A DNA stretch of 64,000 nt, from the NCBI RefSeq assembly GCF_035594765.1, contig NW_026943821.1, positions 13,051,608 to 13,115,607 on the forward strand, in the 5' to 3' direction. Under the pieces are notes generated by a model. The model had not been told where the DNA came from. It did no database searches and saw only the letters and a list, made by a program, of their open reading frames with translations. The first letter of the stretch is position 1. Each line of letters starts with the position of its first letter. The translations under genes and the position numbers were made by a program. Positions 1-12,058 of this stretch are shown in pieces. This DNA is from Anolis carolinensis (Eukaryota).

Positions 1-9
1 CTGACCTAC

Positions 10-681
10 CTGTCAAGTCGCTTCCTTTTCTTCTCAGGGGACCACCTTGAGACTTCTCTCTTGAAATCTGCCAATTCATCCTTCAGGGCATTTACAAGAC
101 ATGGGAAATCATACATTTCCAAGTGCCATCTTGATATTACAAAAACCCTAGGAGAAGGCTCGCCTGCTTTGGTCAAGTTTTCACAGTAATGATTCCTTAT
201 CTTCTTCAGGATTCCTTCTTCACTGAAATTGGGGTTTTCTCTCTCCGATTCCAAGCTCTTATCCACTTTGGTGCGTACATAAACAAACTTCCTCTTTATT
301 TTCTGGATTGCGTGGACCAGCCTTTGGTCATCTTCAGTGAACCTAATTTCAGAGACAATGATGAAGAAATCATACTTGTTTAAATCTATATTCTTTACAT
401 ATTCCTCACTTTTAAATTCATTTGTTCCAATCCCTGGAAGATCCCAGAGTGTTATGTCTGAATATTCAGGATGCACATAGGCCGTTGGTTCATTTAGGAC
501 CTGTATCACATCTGTCACAGCAGCACCGCCTTCTACATCTGTCTTCATACCCCGCAGGGCATTCACAAGTGACGATTTCCCAGTTCCAGTTTCCCCAATG
601 ACGGCAATGTTAAATGTGACATCTTCAAGTTCCTGTATTGAGGATGGGTGTGAGTTTGTTCCCCCCATGATGATTTTGTGG
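10..681 (-). CDS. IRG (p47 immunity-related GTPase) gene 1, G-domain exon; ATG at 668; gene probably continues beyond the left window edge
   Basis: ORF 6-668 has G1 GETGTGKSS, G3 LWDLPGIG, YDFFII, G4 RTKVD and PRVFVIS. N-terminus MGGTNS fits MGxxxS myristoylation. Acceptor tttttacag| precedes 681; donor GACAG|gtaggt at 10/9 overlaps the ORF stop. Confidence 0.9.
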
Positions 682-803
682 CTGTAAAAAAGACATGGAT
701 ATTGTTAATAGAGACATTTTGCTTTCACATTATGGATTTGTTGGAGACAACAACCTTCTACAAGCCTCCTATACTAGTTATTTGTTATGTATATAGTTGA
801 GAT

Positions 804-1133
804 GGAGCCCTCAGTGGCGCAGCAGGTTAAACCGCTGAGTTGCCGAACTTGCTGACCGAAATGTCAGCGGTTCGAATCCGGTGAGCAGGGTGAGCTCCTG
901 CTATTAGCCCCAGCTTCTGCCAACCTAGCAGTTTGAAAAGATCTAAATGTGAGTAGACTGATAGGCACCACTCCAGCGGGAAGGTAACAGCGCTCCATGC
1001 CGTCATGCCGGCCACATGACCTTGGAGGTGTCTATGGACAACGCCAGCTCTTCAGCTTAGATATGGAGATGAGCACCAACCCCCAGAGTCAGACATGACT
1101 AGACTTAATGTCAGGGGAAACCTTTACCTTTAC
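804..1133 (+). mobile_element. Sauria SINE, full length
   Basis: tRNA-like head with GGTTCGAATCC, conserved body, (ACCTTT)n tail, TSD ATAGTTGAGAT. Confidence 0.9.
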
Positions 1134-1177
1134 ATAATAGTTGAGATTGCTGACTATATTGTGTATATACAGTAGAG

Positions 1178-2112
1178 CAGGGGTCCCCAAACTAAGGCCT
1201 GGGGGCCGGATGCAGCCCTCCGAGGTCATTTACCTGGCCCCCGCCCTCAATTTTATAATATAATATTTTTATATCATTTGAATAATATTGTGTATTTACA
1301 TATAATATTGATAATAATATTATAATGTTATACAATATAATACTAATACCATATAATAATATTAATTATATGTTATATATTACATATAATATTACAGTAT
1401 AGTGCAGGGGTCTCCAAACTATGGCCTGGGGGCCAGATGCAGCCCTCCAAGGTCATTTACCTGGCCCCTGCCCTCAGTTTTATAATATAATATTTTTATA
1501 TCATTTTTAATAATATAATATATTGTATATACATATAATATTGATAATAATATTATAATGTTATAAAATATAACATTAATAATAATACCATATAATAATA
1601 TTAATTATATGTTATATATTACATATAATATTACAGTATAGTGGTATCGTTCTTTATAGTAATATATAATGCTAATATTGTGCTGTGCTAATAATATAAT
1701 ATATTGTATGTACATACAGCTGCTCTGAGTCCCCTTCAGGGTGAGAAGGGCGGGATATAAATGTAAAAAATAAATGTAGTAAATGAATAAATAATTTTAG
1801 ACTTAGGCTTGCCCAAAGTCTGAAATGGCTTGAAGGCACACAGCAACAACAATCCTAATTCACTTGACTATCTCATTGGCCAGAAGCAGGCCCACACTTC
1901 CCATTGAAATCCTGATAGATTTATGCTGGTTACAATTGTTTTCATTTTTAAATATTGTATTGTTCTTTCATTGTTGTTGTTTTGCACTACAAATAAGACA
2001 TGTGCAGTGTGCATAGGAATTTGTCCGGTTTTTTTCCAAATTATAATTCGGCCCCTCCACAGTCTGAAGGCTTGTGGACCAGCCCTCTGCTTTAAAAGTT
2101 TGAGGATCCCTG
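1178..2112. mobile_element. Non-autonomous hAT element with tandemly duplicated left end, nested in a mariner-type MITE
   Basis: TIRs CAGGGGTCCCCAAACT / AGTTTGAGGATCCCTG; 8-bp TSD CAGTAGAG (1170-1177, 2113-2120); ~1178-1403 repeated at ~1405-1643. Confidence 0.85.
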
Positions 2113-2426
2113 CAGTAGAGTCTCACTTATCCAAGCTAAACGGGCCGGTAGAAGCTTGGATAAGCGAATATCTTGGATAATAAGGAGGGATTAAGGAAAA
2201 GCCTATTAAACATCAAATTAGGTTATGATTTTACAAATGAAGCACCAAAACATCATGTTATACAACAAATTTGACAGAAAAAGCAGTTCAATACGCAGTA
2301 ATGCTACGTAGTAATTACTGTATTTACGACTTTAGCACCAAAATATCACGATGTATTGAAAACATTGACTACAAAAATGGCTTGGATTATCCAGAGGCTT
2401 GGATAAGCAGGGCTTGGATAAGTGAG
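2113..2426. mobile_element. Tc1/mariner (Tigger/pogo-like) MITE; other copies at ~7973-8293, 46772-47094, 50809-51126, 59031-59700
   Basis: TIR CAGTAGAGTCTCACTTATCCAA...TTGGATAAGTGAGACTCTACTG with TA flanks in complete copies; high identity between copies. Confidence 0.85.
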
Positions 2427-2680
2427 TAATGTATATTGGTGTGTATTTCCCTTAACTCTATGTTGTTAGAGATTCTGGGAAGAAACACAGATCATGTGTC
2501 TTTGATCTTAGATTGTTCAGAGTGAGATCCCATTTTAGAATGCGTTTGAATCAGAGGTCAGTTGGGGTCAGTTAAGTCGAGGCTTGCTTTCTGGGAGTTG
2601 AAGGCCAAAAACATCTGGGGACCCCAAGTTGAGAACCACTGCTTTAGACAATGGCACTTTCATTGAAGATCTCCCTTCAA

Positions 2681-2946
2681 TGCAGTGCCCAGAATTGAAG
2701 ACAGTGTGATTCCAAGTGTGGTCTGACCAATGCGGAATGCAGGGGTAGCAGGACTGGATCTAGACACTAGACTCCTATTGATGCAGGCCAAAATCCCATT
2801 GGCTTTTTTGCCATGGCATCACATTGTAGGCTCATGTTTAACTTGTTGTCCACGAGGACTCCAAGATATTTTTCACACATACTGCTGTTGAGCCAGGCGT
2901 CCCCCATTCTGTATCTTTGTGTTTCATTTTTTCTGCCTAAGTGGAT
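2681..2946 (-). mobile_element. CR1 LINE ORF2 fragment
   Basis: Translation IHLGRKN..YRMGDAWL..EKYLGVLVDNKLNMSLQC is typical of CR1 ORF2; homologous to 25270-25499. Confidence 0.8.
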
Positions 2947-3024
2947 TATCTTGGAAGCCAAGAGGTTAAATAACTCCACCAATCTGAATTCTGAGTGTAT
3001 TTGTATTGATGGCCGACAGCAGAG

Positions 3025-3299
3025 GGAGCCTCCAGTGGCCCAGGGGATAAAAGCCTTGTGACTTGAAGGTTGGGTTGCTGACCTGAAGGCTGCCAGGTTT
3101 GAATCTCACCCGGGAAGAGTGCGGATGAGCTCCCTCTATCAGCTCCACCTCCATGCGGGGACATGAGAGAAGCCTCCCACAAGGATGGTAAAACATCAAA
3201 AAACATCCAGGCGTCCCCTGGGCAACGTCCTTGCAGACGGCCAATTCTCTCACTCCAGAAGCAACTCCAGTTGCTCCTGACATGAAAAAAAAAAAAAAA
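3025..3299 (+). mobile_element. tRNA-derived poly(A)-tailed SINE (second family); copies at ~21737-22003 and ~49880-50138
   Basis: B-box-like head, body GGCAACGTCCTTGCAGACGGCCAATTCTCTC, poly(A) tail, short TSD GCAGAG; three near-identical copies. Confidence 0.85.
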
Positions 3300-4764
3300 G
3301 CAGAGGGTGAGAAAGCCTATTCTATTCTGCCCAAGAAATTGAGGAAACATGACTAATGGAATATTCTTTTTTTAGAATGAAGAATAACATTTTAAGAGGA
3401 AGTGTTGATGTGTTTATTCCTCATGAAATATTTCCCCAAAAAAATGTGTAGCAGATTGTTAGAGCATGTAAAATTAGTTGGTGAGTGTGTTAACGGAAAA
3501 TGAAAAGCACGAAGCTGATTGGTTGGCTACATTCACCCGAGGAGCTAACTAAGCCTGGGAGTTTTGGCAACAGTTAGTTTTTCTGTGCAGGAGCTTATCA
3601 AGAAAGGTTTTCTCCTGGGCTGCTGGAAGAAGATTATTTACATGGATACCTAAGGACTATTTGAATCTTTCTCAAATGACATTGTGTGAGTCAATGCAAC
3701 TGTTCATATGACAGTATATATGTTGCTCTGCATTTTAAAGACTAAATTTCGTGTTCTTTTCTGATCATCTGCGTGGCATCTCTTTTCTCTGGCAAGATGT
3801 GAACTACGCATGATTTTCATTCTGCCACACTTCTTCAATTTTGAGAATAAGTGCTTTATGTTTGCTCAGTACTGTGACTACTAGGAGAGAGAGAATTTTT
3901 TTTCTTTATTTGATTCTGGCTTGAGAAAAACTCAGTAATTTCTTTTTCTGAAAACGTACTTTTAATATATAATACCTCACTTTTATGCCCAGCCAAACTA
4001 CGTATATGCAAAGCATCTGTGCTCTCAAAGCCTCAAAATGACTTTTAGTTAGTAAGGTTGGCTAATACTGCTTTTTTAATATCTGAAAATTCCCAATTTC
4101 CCTCTCCCCATCCCCCAACCCAAAAAAAACAAACCCAAACACTTCCCCCCACAACTCCAAAATGCCCAGAAATGTTGCCTTTCTGGTTAGCTGTGCTTTG
4201 CGCCTTCTGTGCCAGGGATTGGCATAGGAAAGAAGACTTTTCATCCAATCTAGTTCCCAGAATGTAATTATAGATGTCAATTGCCTCTCTGGGTTGAGAT
4301 GTAGAATGAGAGAAATGGTACATCGAAGCTGCTCACATTAGAAAGCTTTTGTATTATGTATAATCATTATGGCTCCCTCCTAAGGAAATGTGGGGTTTGT
4401 AGATTATCGGATATGTAGGGATTGTCTGAAAAGAGTAGGATGGGGGACAGAATGGGTTTAATGCTGCTCGGCTGAACACGGAAAGTAGTATAGAGCTTTG
4501 GTAGATTTTTTAGTGTTTAATAACAAAGTCTAGCACACACTCTATGAATAAGGGCTGAGTTCATTGCTTTGCATTGTTAATATTTACCATTTCAGGCATA
4601 TTTTGAGAGGAAAGCCAGGGTAAATGACCACACATTTTACATATTTCAGTAGCTCATGTTTAGCAAGAGCTTCTCTTTCCTGTGTGTGGCAGAAAATATC
4701 AGGTACAGGAGCACAGAAATTTAGGAAAGCAAATGAAAACATAAATTAAAAAAGACTGACTTAC

Positions 4765-5014
4765 CTCTAGTAGCAAAAGAAGGTCTGCAGATGAAAAGCC
4801 CAAGAAATAGTGGATCTGTTTAATTTCTAGGTGGATGGACACTTATTGGGATGTCTTCTCCGTCCCACACTCAGAAACTCTGCTGCTATGTCTTGATCTG
4901 CTGGTTCAGAAGCGCAAAAAGCCTCACAATCAAAAGTAAACGTCCGGTTGGGGGGTTTTTTTATAGGCTAAAGGCAAACATGTTAGTGTCCACCCATCAA
5001 GGAAGTCGATTTCC
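4765..5014 (-). promoter_or_regulatory. Probable promoter and non-coding exon 1 of IRG gene 1
   Basis: Minus-strand TATAAAA at 4965-4959 and strong donor GAG|gtaagt at 4765/4764. Shares CCCATCAAGGAAG (4993-5005) with the gene 2 promoter. Confidence 0.55.
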
Positions 5015-6879
5015 AACATGATTCAATCATGCCAGGAGGAAACATTGAGCAACAGTTTTTCTCTCCTAGGAATGGGAGGGCTATAACCTTATCCACTCCC
5101 CACTCCACCAAAATACCTTGGATAGCAAGAAAGAAAGTGCAATGTCCCAGGAAAAAAAGAGGACAGCCTTACCTTTGCCTGGTTTTTTTCAAAGGCACAG
5201 AGCCAATTCAAATTGAGGAAATGTTTGTAACAGGAGGCTGTGATTGTTAGGCTTGTGCAATTCGGTGGAGGGCTATCCGGTTTTGGCATCCAAATTTCGT
5301 TGGGCACCCAGGTCCATTTTCCAGGACCCTCCTGAAAATTGATTAATGGAAATATCAGTTTTTGGCTAGGCAGCTGAAAGATCCAGGAAGATCCGCTCAA
5401 TTGGCAGCAGTGGGGAACTTACAAGGCTCCACTTTCTGATCCTGGGATCCTTTCCTTTCTTCCTTTCAAGGGAGTCTGGATTTGAGCAACAGGGTTAAGG
5501 AAGAAGTGTAAGACACATCATGGCATTCTTCTATTCAGAATGGCCCAACAAGCAGGGCTCATAGGGAAATCCCATGTGAGCAGCATGTGGCAGCATCTTC
5601 ATGTGCCGCATGATGCCAAATAGGGGAGGAAGAGCCAAGATCAGCTGCCACGTGGTTTTGTAACAGATGAAAAACATGGTGGCCGGGCCCTTACCGTTAT
5701 GGCCATCTGGCCAAGCTGAACAAGCCGAATTGGCCTAATGGAACTGACTTCTCCAAATCCATGCACAAGCCTAGTGATTGTGAAGGGACACAAGGGGCCT
5801 GATTTAATTTGATTTAATCTGATTCATAAACAGCAATGGTATTAAGAATAGTTTAATTAAATAAACAGTCTTCTTAAGTGTTAGATATCAATAAGAAGGG
5901 TTTGCCACAAACGCCACCTAATAGCAGCAATAGACAAGCCTATCGCCTTCCTTGGGAATGCAAAGGGAATCAGTTGACCAGGAACTCACACATACAGGCA
6001 GGGCAATAAAACCTCAAATAGCAGTCTTAGATGTGAGGGTCAGAGATGGTGTTTTGTTTTAGTTTGATTTTGATAGATGGACATTTGTTGTTTGCTGTTT
6101 TGATAAATGTCTGACCAAATGGTGCCATGTGTAGGATGAAAAGAAAGAAGGTACGGAACGGAAGAATTTTGAAGGTGTAAAATATCCTTGGAAATCCTAT
6201 AAAAGTCCAACCAAGCTGTGTCTTGGTGTGGCACTTCTTTTCATGCTACCCGCTGATCTTGTTTTGCAAAATAAAGTCCGTTGTATCACTCTCCTCGCGT
6301 AAGAATCTATTTTGAACCACATGCTTCTGAGGTTTAATGAAGCCAAGCATCTTCAATTGTAATGCTTCATATTCCTGTTCTTAAGAAATAATTTTTTTGC
6401 ATATTCATGCAGGATCTTTGATTGGAGATCAAGCATTTACTCATTGGCCCTCCAAGTCTTTTCAGCTTCATCACCCATGTGCCCACTTCTCCTGCCAGTG
6501 AGACTAATGGCCAGGGATTCTAGAACTTAGAATCCAAAACATCTGGAGGACCAAAGTTTGGAATCTGCTGTTTGAAAGCACTCAGCTAGAGCTTCACCAC
6601 TTTTACCTAAAATACCTTGTTTCTACGGTGTTAATGTTTGGGAACTAAACATTAAATTTCCTGTAGTTTTTGGTTGCTGAGAATGAAGCAGAGTAGAGAA
6701 CAAACTCAAATGCAGCTCTCTTTTTCAATTTGAACACATAACCTTATCTTTTTTATTAGGCATGCCATGTTGTTTGCAACTCTCCCCTTTGTAGGCAGAG
6801 CCAAGTTGCCGTGTGTACCTTGTTGCTATCAACATCCTCCTTGTTGGCAGATCACTTACGGCAAACACTTGATTTAGGA

Positions 6880-6891
6880 GAAAGCGAAACC
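6880..6891. promoter_or_regulatory. ISRE/IRF element in duplicated upstream block
   Basis: GAAAGCGAAACC matches GAAANNGAAAC; conserved in the paralogous block at 22503-22514. Confidence 0.6.
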
Positions 6892-7560
6892 TAACTCAGA
6901 TGGCTGAAGTTTCCATTTCTTTTAAATCAGCGGTTTGACCAACAGCAGGAGGTAGGAGAGGGAGGTGGATAAGAAAAAATTGGGCCGCCTCCCAATTCCC
7001 ATTAGAGAATACAATGATGAAGCAGAAAAATAGTTTGCCTGATCTCCGATATACTTCTCCAAACTCCCCAGAGTCTTAGCTCCTTGAGACTCCTCTTGAC
7101 ATTAGCAATTTCCATGAAATCGTGCTGTTTGGTGCCTTTATTTTGTTAATCCCTCTGGGTTTTCCCAAACCTACCTGAACATTGAAAAAATGGAAGATAA
7201 CTTGTTCTTTGTTTCAGACATTATCATTAGTCTAATCAACCCTTTAGAAACCTACATGCTTTACATACGGTAAGAAGTAACACTCCTAAAACATGCTTCA
7301 ACATATAGTCTAATTTGATCCTCATTCCTCATGAAATCCCTATGTTAGGACTAAAGTTGAACTGTACTGCTTATGGCCACAAACAGATCTGGTGAAATGT
7401 TTGCAATCCCCTGCATCTTGTACTCAGTGTTGAACTGGGTGAGGGATACAAATATATCAGACAAATAAATGGACTTGCGTGCAACTCACCTTCCCCATAT
7501 TGCTGAGCAAGGTGAAGAGTTCTGGAGAACCCAAAAGCTCACACACTTCTGTGCTATTAT

Positions 7561-7888
7561 AAGTAAAGGTAAAGGTTTCATTTGACATTAAGTCTAGGCG
7601 TGTCCGACTGGGAGGTGGTGCTCATCTCAATTTCTAAGCTGAAGAGCTGGCGTTGTCCGTAGACACCTTCTAGGTCATATGGCCAGCATGACTGTGTGGA
7701 GCACCATTACCTTCCCTCAAAAGGGGTACCTATTTATCTACTCACATTTGAATATTTTCGAACTGCTAGATTGGCAGAAGCTGGGGCTAACAGCGGGAAC
7801 TCATCCACTCCCCGGATTTGAACTGCCAACCTTTTGGTCTGCAAGTTCAGCAGCTCAGTGGTTTAACCCGCTCTGCCATCAGGGGGCT
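7561..7888 (-). mobile_element. Sauria SINE
   Basis: Reverse-complement match to 804-1133 with (AAAGGT)n end. Confidence 0.85.
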
Positions 7889-9704
7889 TTTAATATTATT
7901 ATATTGCATTATTTGTATTATTATATTATAGCTTGTTTAAAAAGAGCTTTGCAGTTGCAGACATTGCATCTATAGTAGAGTCTCACTTATGCAACATAAA
8001 CGGGCTGGCAAAACACTGGATAAGCAAAAATGTTGGATAATAAGGAGGGATTAAGGAAAAGCCTATTAAACATCAAATTAAGTTATGATTTTACAAATTA
8101 AGCACCAAAACATCATGCTTTACAACAAATTGATAGAAAAAGCAGTTCAGTACACGATAACTGTATTTATGAATTTAGCACCAAAATTTTGCAATTTATT
8201 GAAAAATTGACTACAAAAACATTGACTACTAAAACTGTGTTGGATAATACAGAACCTTGGACAAGCGGAGCTTGGATAAGCGAGACTCTACTGTATATTT
8301 CAATATCTTTTCTGCATCCTTTCATCCTGTTTCTTTTTCTTCATCAGGATCTGACACAATTTTGGTACCATAATTTTTATTAATTTTAAGTTTGTACAAT
8401 ACAGAAATGTAAAACATTTCAAAGTATTCAAAATAAGGGAAAAAGTAAAAGAAAATGACAATAAGAAAGAGACAATAAAATATAAGAAAAATATATAATA
8501 ATGAATAAATTCATCAAAATATATTTGAAACTTATGTTATCTAACACAAAAACTGATACACTATACGTAAACACTGAACTACTAAGTAATTAATCCATTG
8601 TGGGGCTCAGGGCCCTCAATCTTATTAAAATAAATTTCTTTATAATTAAAATAAACTTCTGCAGAAGAATAAAAGCTTGTATAGGTCTCCCATTACAGAT
8701 TTGAAAAAATAACCCTACTAGAAGAGTTAAAGCTCGTAAACATAATCATCTCATTATTCGTCTTTTGACAAAAAAGGCCATAAATTGCTTTGAGATTTTC
8801 ATGAAATCATTAATTGGAGTTTTTTCCCCCTTCAAAATTCATGTTAACCTGCCAACCTGAGATAACTTGGCCACTTTAAGAGTTCATGATTCTATACTTG
8901 TTACTTCAGTTTGCTCCCAGATCTGAGCAAACAGTCTTCTTGTGGCTGTTCAAATGTATTGGAGAAGTAATCCATATTTGTTTTCTAATTCTTTGTCTGT
9001 TATTCCCAATAAATACATCTATGGTGACAAAACAATGTCCAACATTTTAAAAAAAGGAATTAGCATAATTATCCTGGACCAGGCCTTTTCCACTTGCCCA
9101 GAGATGTGTCCCTCACAACTGGAGAATTTGCATATTCATTTATCTCCTAATCTGTGAAAGTTAGAGACTTGTGACTGACCACGTCGAAAGATTTGGCAAT
9201 TTCACATAAACTGCAAGTGTCACCTGCCAGAAAATATTACAGTACATAGGACAAGGTGCTCTTTTGTGCATCCTGCTGTAAAAAAGCAATCAGTCCGCCT
9301 CTTGCTTGATCACTAAATGGCCATGGAGAAGGGGTTGTCTAGGCAGCAGAAAGGTAGTTTGCTTGCCTGGGAAAACTATGGGCAATGAAGTTGATCAATG
9401 CCTCCTTTCACACCAACTCTACAAGCACATAAGCAGATATAATAAAAAAAAATACTGGCAATACAGGGAATCAGTGTGCCACAGTGATTTGAGTGTTGGA
9501 CTACAACTATGGAGATCATGGTTCGAATCCATGTTTGATGATGGAAAACCCACTGGGTGACCCTGGCCATGTGATACACTCTTAACTCCAGTCAATGACT
9601 GGAGGACTTCTATTACTTCTCAAGAGTTACAAATCACAGTAAAGCAAATGACTGAAAGCATATATACATATAGGTTGGCTGGTTTCTTGACAAGAGTTGA
9701 TTTC

Positions 9705-10993
9705 TCATGTTCTGTTAAGAGGTCTATTGATATCATATTCAACATGCTTCAGGGCTTCTTTAGAAACCCTTTCAGCATCTTCAGCCACTTGATCTAGGAA
9801 TTTATAGAGCATTCTGGAAGTGCTTGTAAATGATAAGCCTACATTAGCTAAACTAGTAACCACACTAAGCGGAAAATATTTGTTCCAGAAAACAACAAAT
9901 GTCATAACAATATTGAAACATTTCTTTATTATACTATCTGTGCTGATGTATTCTTCTTGTGATGATTTAATTTGAGCCTTCAACTCTTCTACAGGCTTGT
10001 TTATGTGCCAGGCCAACAAAGCTAATGAGTCACCATCCAATCCAAATTTCTTGTACATGTCAGCCATATATTTCTGCAAAAAACTAGCATTGAAAGCCAC
10101 AGGAAAATCTGGAAGTGGAACAGCATTTATGCATGCAGTCACCAGAGAAACTTTCCATAACTCTCCCTCTAGGAGCTGTTTCTTCTGCTGTATGATATCA
10201 GATGACACATTGGGGAGATTCAAGATGAACTTCAGTTTCTTCAGTATGGGCAGATCTCCTTCAAGCCTCTCTATCAGAAGGTAAAAGTCAAACCTTTCCA
10301 ATTTGCAAGAGGATAGCAGAAAAACCTGGGGGATAAAACTCCCCATGTATACTTGGAAATATCTGTTACAGTCATCCCTAATATTTTGTAGGACATTTGC
10401 TTCATTGAAGGTCCTAGGATAATCCCTTTCCATGTTTGTCAAATCTTCATCCACTTTTGTGCGCACAAAATAAAACTTCTTCTTTTCATTATCAATTATC
10501 TGAGCTAGGTCAATGTGAATGTCCCGGAAGCGCTTTGAGCATAGAATAATGAAGAAGTCGTAACGGTGGAAATTAACCTTCTCAAGGTAATCATTTGATC
10601 GAAATTCTGGAGCTCCTACCCCTGGCAGGTCCCAGAACTTCACATTCGGATCATTCGGACTCTCATAACAGATTGGGTTCGAAGTTGTTGCTGTCACTCC
10701 AACTTGGGCAGCTCCAACATCTCCAGGCTTTAGGCCTCTCATAGCATTGATGAAAGAAGATTTCCCAGCCCCAGTCTCCCCAATGACTGCAATGTGAAGC
10801 TCTGTTTTTTCCCACAATTCCAGGGATCTTTCCAACTCACGAGCTACTTCATAAATAGATACAGCATTAAAAGTTTCACATAATTTCTCAGCTATGTTTC
10901 GGATTAAGTCTTCTTTGGCATTTGGTAAAGAAATTATGGTTTTTAAAACTGATCTCATCTCTTCAAAAAATGATATTTCAGAAAGTGCATTTT
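9705..10993 (-). CDS. IRG gene 2, main coding exon (full-length GKS IRG; ~440 aa with upstream micro-exon)
   Basis: 417-aa ORF with GETGAGKSS, FWDLPGVG, RYDFFII, RTKVD and C-terminal helical region (AVPLP, FGLDGDSL). Acceptor ttttttcttttctag| at 10994/10993; frame is open from acceptor to ATG 10958. Confidence 0.93.
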
Positions 10994-11060
10994 CTAGAAA
11001 AGAAAAAAGTTATTGAATCAATATTTGACTTGGCAACACAAAAGCAAGAGCATAACAATA

Positions 11061-11382
11061 CCGTATATACTCGAAGATAAGCCGAGTTTTTCAGCCCTTA
11101 TTTATGAGCTGAAAAGGCCTCCCTCGTCTTATATTCGGGTCAAGGTCAAGCCAGCAGCGGAGCCTGGAGGCCACAGTATGTTTTCTTTTCCAAAACCTCC
11201 CTCCTCTGCTTCTCCTCCCAGCCTGGTTATCTTATATTTTTTTGAGAGAGAGAGAGACAGAGACAAGAAGCAAATGTTTTCAAAAGCGAAAGGAGAATGT
11301 GAGAGAAACCCTTGCAAGACAGATTGCATGGGCATAAGGGGAAGAAAAAAAGATATTCTTGCAAATTTGCATGATTCATTAC

Positions 11383-11421
<39 letters not shown>

Positions 11422-12058
11422 TACTACTATTACTACTATTATTGCAAGAACATATGAGTCCAAAGGGAGGGAAGGAGGGAAAAGAGAGCAACAAAAGGTG
11501 TGAATTTCTTTTTATTCCTAAGGAAACAAAAATGAGGTGGGGTTTTTTGGGAGGGGGAGAGAAGTTTTAAAAAGCCTTTTCTGGCTACTTTTAGAGTTTG
11601 AAAAAGGGAGAAAGAAAAGAGGTGGGAAAGGGCAGGAGAAAAGAGGAAAAAGGTTTTTTTAGGGGGGCTTTACTTGCATTTCTTCCTTGGGTAAATGCAT
11701 GCCCCAAAGCTTCTAAATATTTATATAGATGTTCCCCCTACAAATACATTAATATATGAATTTTCCCCTCATATGTTTACAGGTCTTTGCAAAATCCTAT
11801 GTAAATTTAGATAACTAGAGATTTCCACATACCTGTATATCTGTTCCTATATGTATACATTAATTTTATATATGAATATATGATGCCTCAATTAATGTAA
11901 TTTTATTGGTATCTAATTTTATTTTTGAAATTTACCAGTAGCTGCTGCATTTCCCACTCTCGGCTTATACTTGAGTCAATAAGTTTTCCCAGTTTTTTGT
12001 GGTAAAATTAGGTGCCTCGGCTTATATTCGGGTCAGCTTATACTCGAATATATATGGT
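11061..12058. mobile_element. Non-autonomous Tc1/mariner-superfamily DNA element in IRG gene 2 intron
   Basis: TIRs CCGTATATACTCGA.. / ..TACTCGAATATATATGG flanked by TA; internal (TAT)n. Confidence 0.7.

Noticed and set aside
804-900. tRNA-like A/B boxes
   Set aside because: SINE heads, not tRNA genes; they continue into SINE body and tail.
11013-11570. Poly-Leu/Ile/Asn ORFs (also at 16507, 18101, 26815, 52391-52922, 59699-60032)
   Set aside because: Artefacts of (TAT/ATA)n microsatellites.
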